From Escherichia coli (lineage in GTDB: Bacteria; Pseudomonadota; Gammaproteobacteria; Enterobacterales; Enterobacteriaceae): 64,000 nt of DNA. The position numbers were made by a program, and so were the translations under genes. The stretch lies in the NCBI RefSeq assembly GCF_024700885.2, contig NZ_CP117016.1; one strand, given 5' to 3'. Positions within the stretch are counted from its first letter, which is position 1; each line of letters opens with the position of its first letter. Of this stretch, positions 62,918-64,000 are shown piece by piece. The notes below the pieces were generated by a model. It saw only the letters and a list, made by a program, of their open reading frames with translations, did no database searches and had not been told where the DNA came from.

Positions 62918-63881
62918 TATTCATGCCCTCCTTGTTGAGCAATTCGATTATTTTATTTATTTTACATTCTAACATTGTGAATAAGTCCGTTAGGATTTCA
63001 AAGTCTGCTTGCTTCGTATAATCTGCTATTAATACTCCAGTAAGCTTTTTTATGATTATCAAATCGTCAACCAATCTAAGGGTAATGTCGTCACTGTTTT
63101 TTAAAAATGAGGAAATATAAGGGCTTACTAACTCATTTATTGCCTGATCTATTCTGAATGAAAACTCTTCATTGTTTTTTGCATACGACAATACTGATTT
63201 CAAATTGCTATGATCTAAAGCTTTTGCTATCGTACCTAATCCATAACCTTTAAGTGCAAGCCTTGTGGCTAATGTAACCCTAAGTTGCCGAGAGTTAATC
63301 TTTTTATTTTTATCTTTACTTACCCTTTGGCAAATGGCCTGAACCCTACCGGTTATCCTCTTAGAACTCATATGCAAATTGAAGAAGTTATTTTCATATA
63401 ATTTATCAAGTTTGTAAGTCGAGTTAAAAAAACAAGGATCAATAAAGAGGGGTAAATTGTTTAATTCATCTTCACTTAATATATCGCCTACCTCACCCTG
63501 CACAAAAACCTTAACTACTGATTTAAGCTCTGATAGTGAATTGAACAAATTATCCCCTATACGCAATTCGGAAAAATCAGTTCTGAAACTATCTCCTTGT
63601 TTTAATCTGGGTATGTTTAAAAAATTACCATTTTCTTTGATATAAAGATCCTTCCTTTTTAATTGAGCGATCTGCATTGGTCTTCGCCCCGAATATATCA
63701 TCAGCATGACTAAAAGGTAGTCATTCATAGTCATATTTCCATCATTGTATTCCTTTGTCATGCCCCCAATTAGGTTCTTCAGTTCGTATTCAGATAATGG
63801 TCTTAAAGACTCTTTTCGCTCAATATATGCAGTTGTCTTGTTGGGTTTAGTTACTTTCCATTTTAAAATCAAATCCAGCAT
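62904..63881 (-). CDS. tyrosine recombinase, small (325 aa; Tn554 TnpA-like size and position)
   Basis: Box I YSGRRPMQIAQLKRKDL; box II/Tyr region LRVTLATRLALKGYGLGTIAKALDHSNLKSVLSYAKN. Confidence 0.8.
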   Translation of the reverse strand: MLDLILKWKVTKPNKTTAYIERKESLRPLSEYELKNLIGGMTKEYNDGNMTMNDYLLVMLMIYSGRRPMQIAQLKRKDLYIKENGNFLNIPRLKQGDSFRTDFSELRIGDNLFNSLSELKSVVKVFVQGEVGDILSEDELNNLPLFIDPCFFNSTYKLDKLYENNFFNLHMSSKRITGRVQAICQRVSKDKNKKINSRQLRVTLATRLALKGYGLGTIAKALDHSNLKSVLSYAKNNEEFSFRIDQAINELVSPYISSFLKNSDDITLRLVDDLIIIKKLTGVLIADYTKQADFEILTDLFTMLECKINKIIELLNKEGMNNESL

Positions 63882-64000
63882 TTCTTGATCTATGAATTCA
63901 TTATTTAACTCATAATGTTTTATTATAAAATACTTTAAACTTTCAACATGTGTATAGCTTATTTTATAATATGCATTGTAAAATCTATTTAGTAATCCAT

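Larger units (their letters stand above)
55023..64000. mobile_element. AT-rich integrated element (integrative mobilisable element-like); left junction inside mutS, right end beyond window
   Basis: Abrupt compositional shift at 55023; carries mobC-mobA relaxase module and a tyrosine-recombinase operon; none of the content is in the K-12 map at this locus. Confidence 0.85.

Noticed and set aside
55023-64000. Prophage or insertion sequence as the identity of the island
   Set aside because: No capsid, terminase, tail or lysis genes and no DDE transposase with terminal inverted repeats are visible. Content (relaxase plus tyrosine recombinases) fits an integrative mobilisable element or site-specific transposon better, although the unseen right part could change this.

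Overview
The window is an Escherichia coli chromosomal segment, collinear with the K-12 map from nrdE to the start of mutS, followed by about 9 kb of AT-rich foreign DNA that begins inside mutS codon 17/18 and runs off the window end. All gene and family calls are from reading the translations and motifs by eye; no search could be run. Core genes, in order: nrdE(3' part)-nrdF, proVWX, ygaY (intact), ygaZH, mprA-emrAB, luxS, the sRNA micA, gshA, yqaAB, four tRNA-Arg(ACG) plus tRNA-Ser(GCU), csrA, alaS, recX-recA, pncC, mltB, srlAEBD-gutM-srlR-gutQ, norR/norVW, hypF, hydN, ascG/ascFB, hycIHGFEDCBA, hypABCDE-fhlA, a small di-Mop gene, ygbA. The island (55023 to beyond 64000) carries a mobilisation module (candidate oriT, MobC-like protein, HUH relaxase with a PV-repeat linker), a recombination operon of two overlapping tyrosine recombinases plus a small coiled-coil protein (Tn554 tnpABC-like layout), and two clusters of unrecognisable small and membrane proteins. 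The most interesting points are the mutS disruption (possible mutator state under control of a mobile element) and the uncharacterised membrane-protein cargo at 55366-57093, which is the best candidate for an undescribed system. No rRNA, CRISPR array, IS transposase or phage structural genes were seen. The island's right end lies outside the window.
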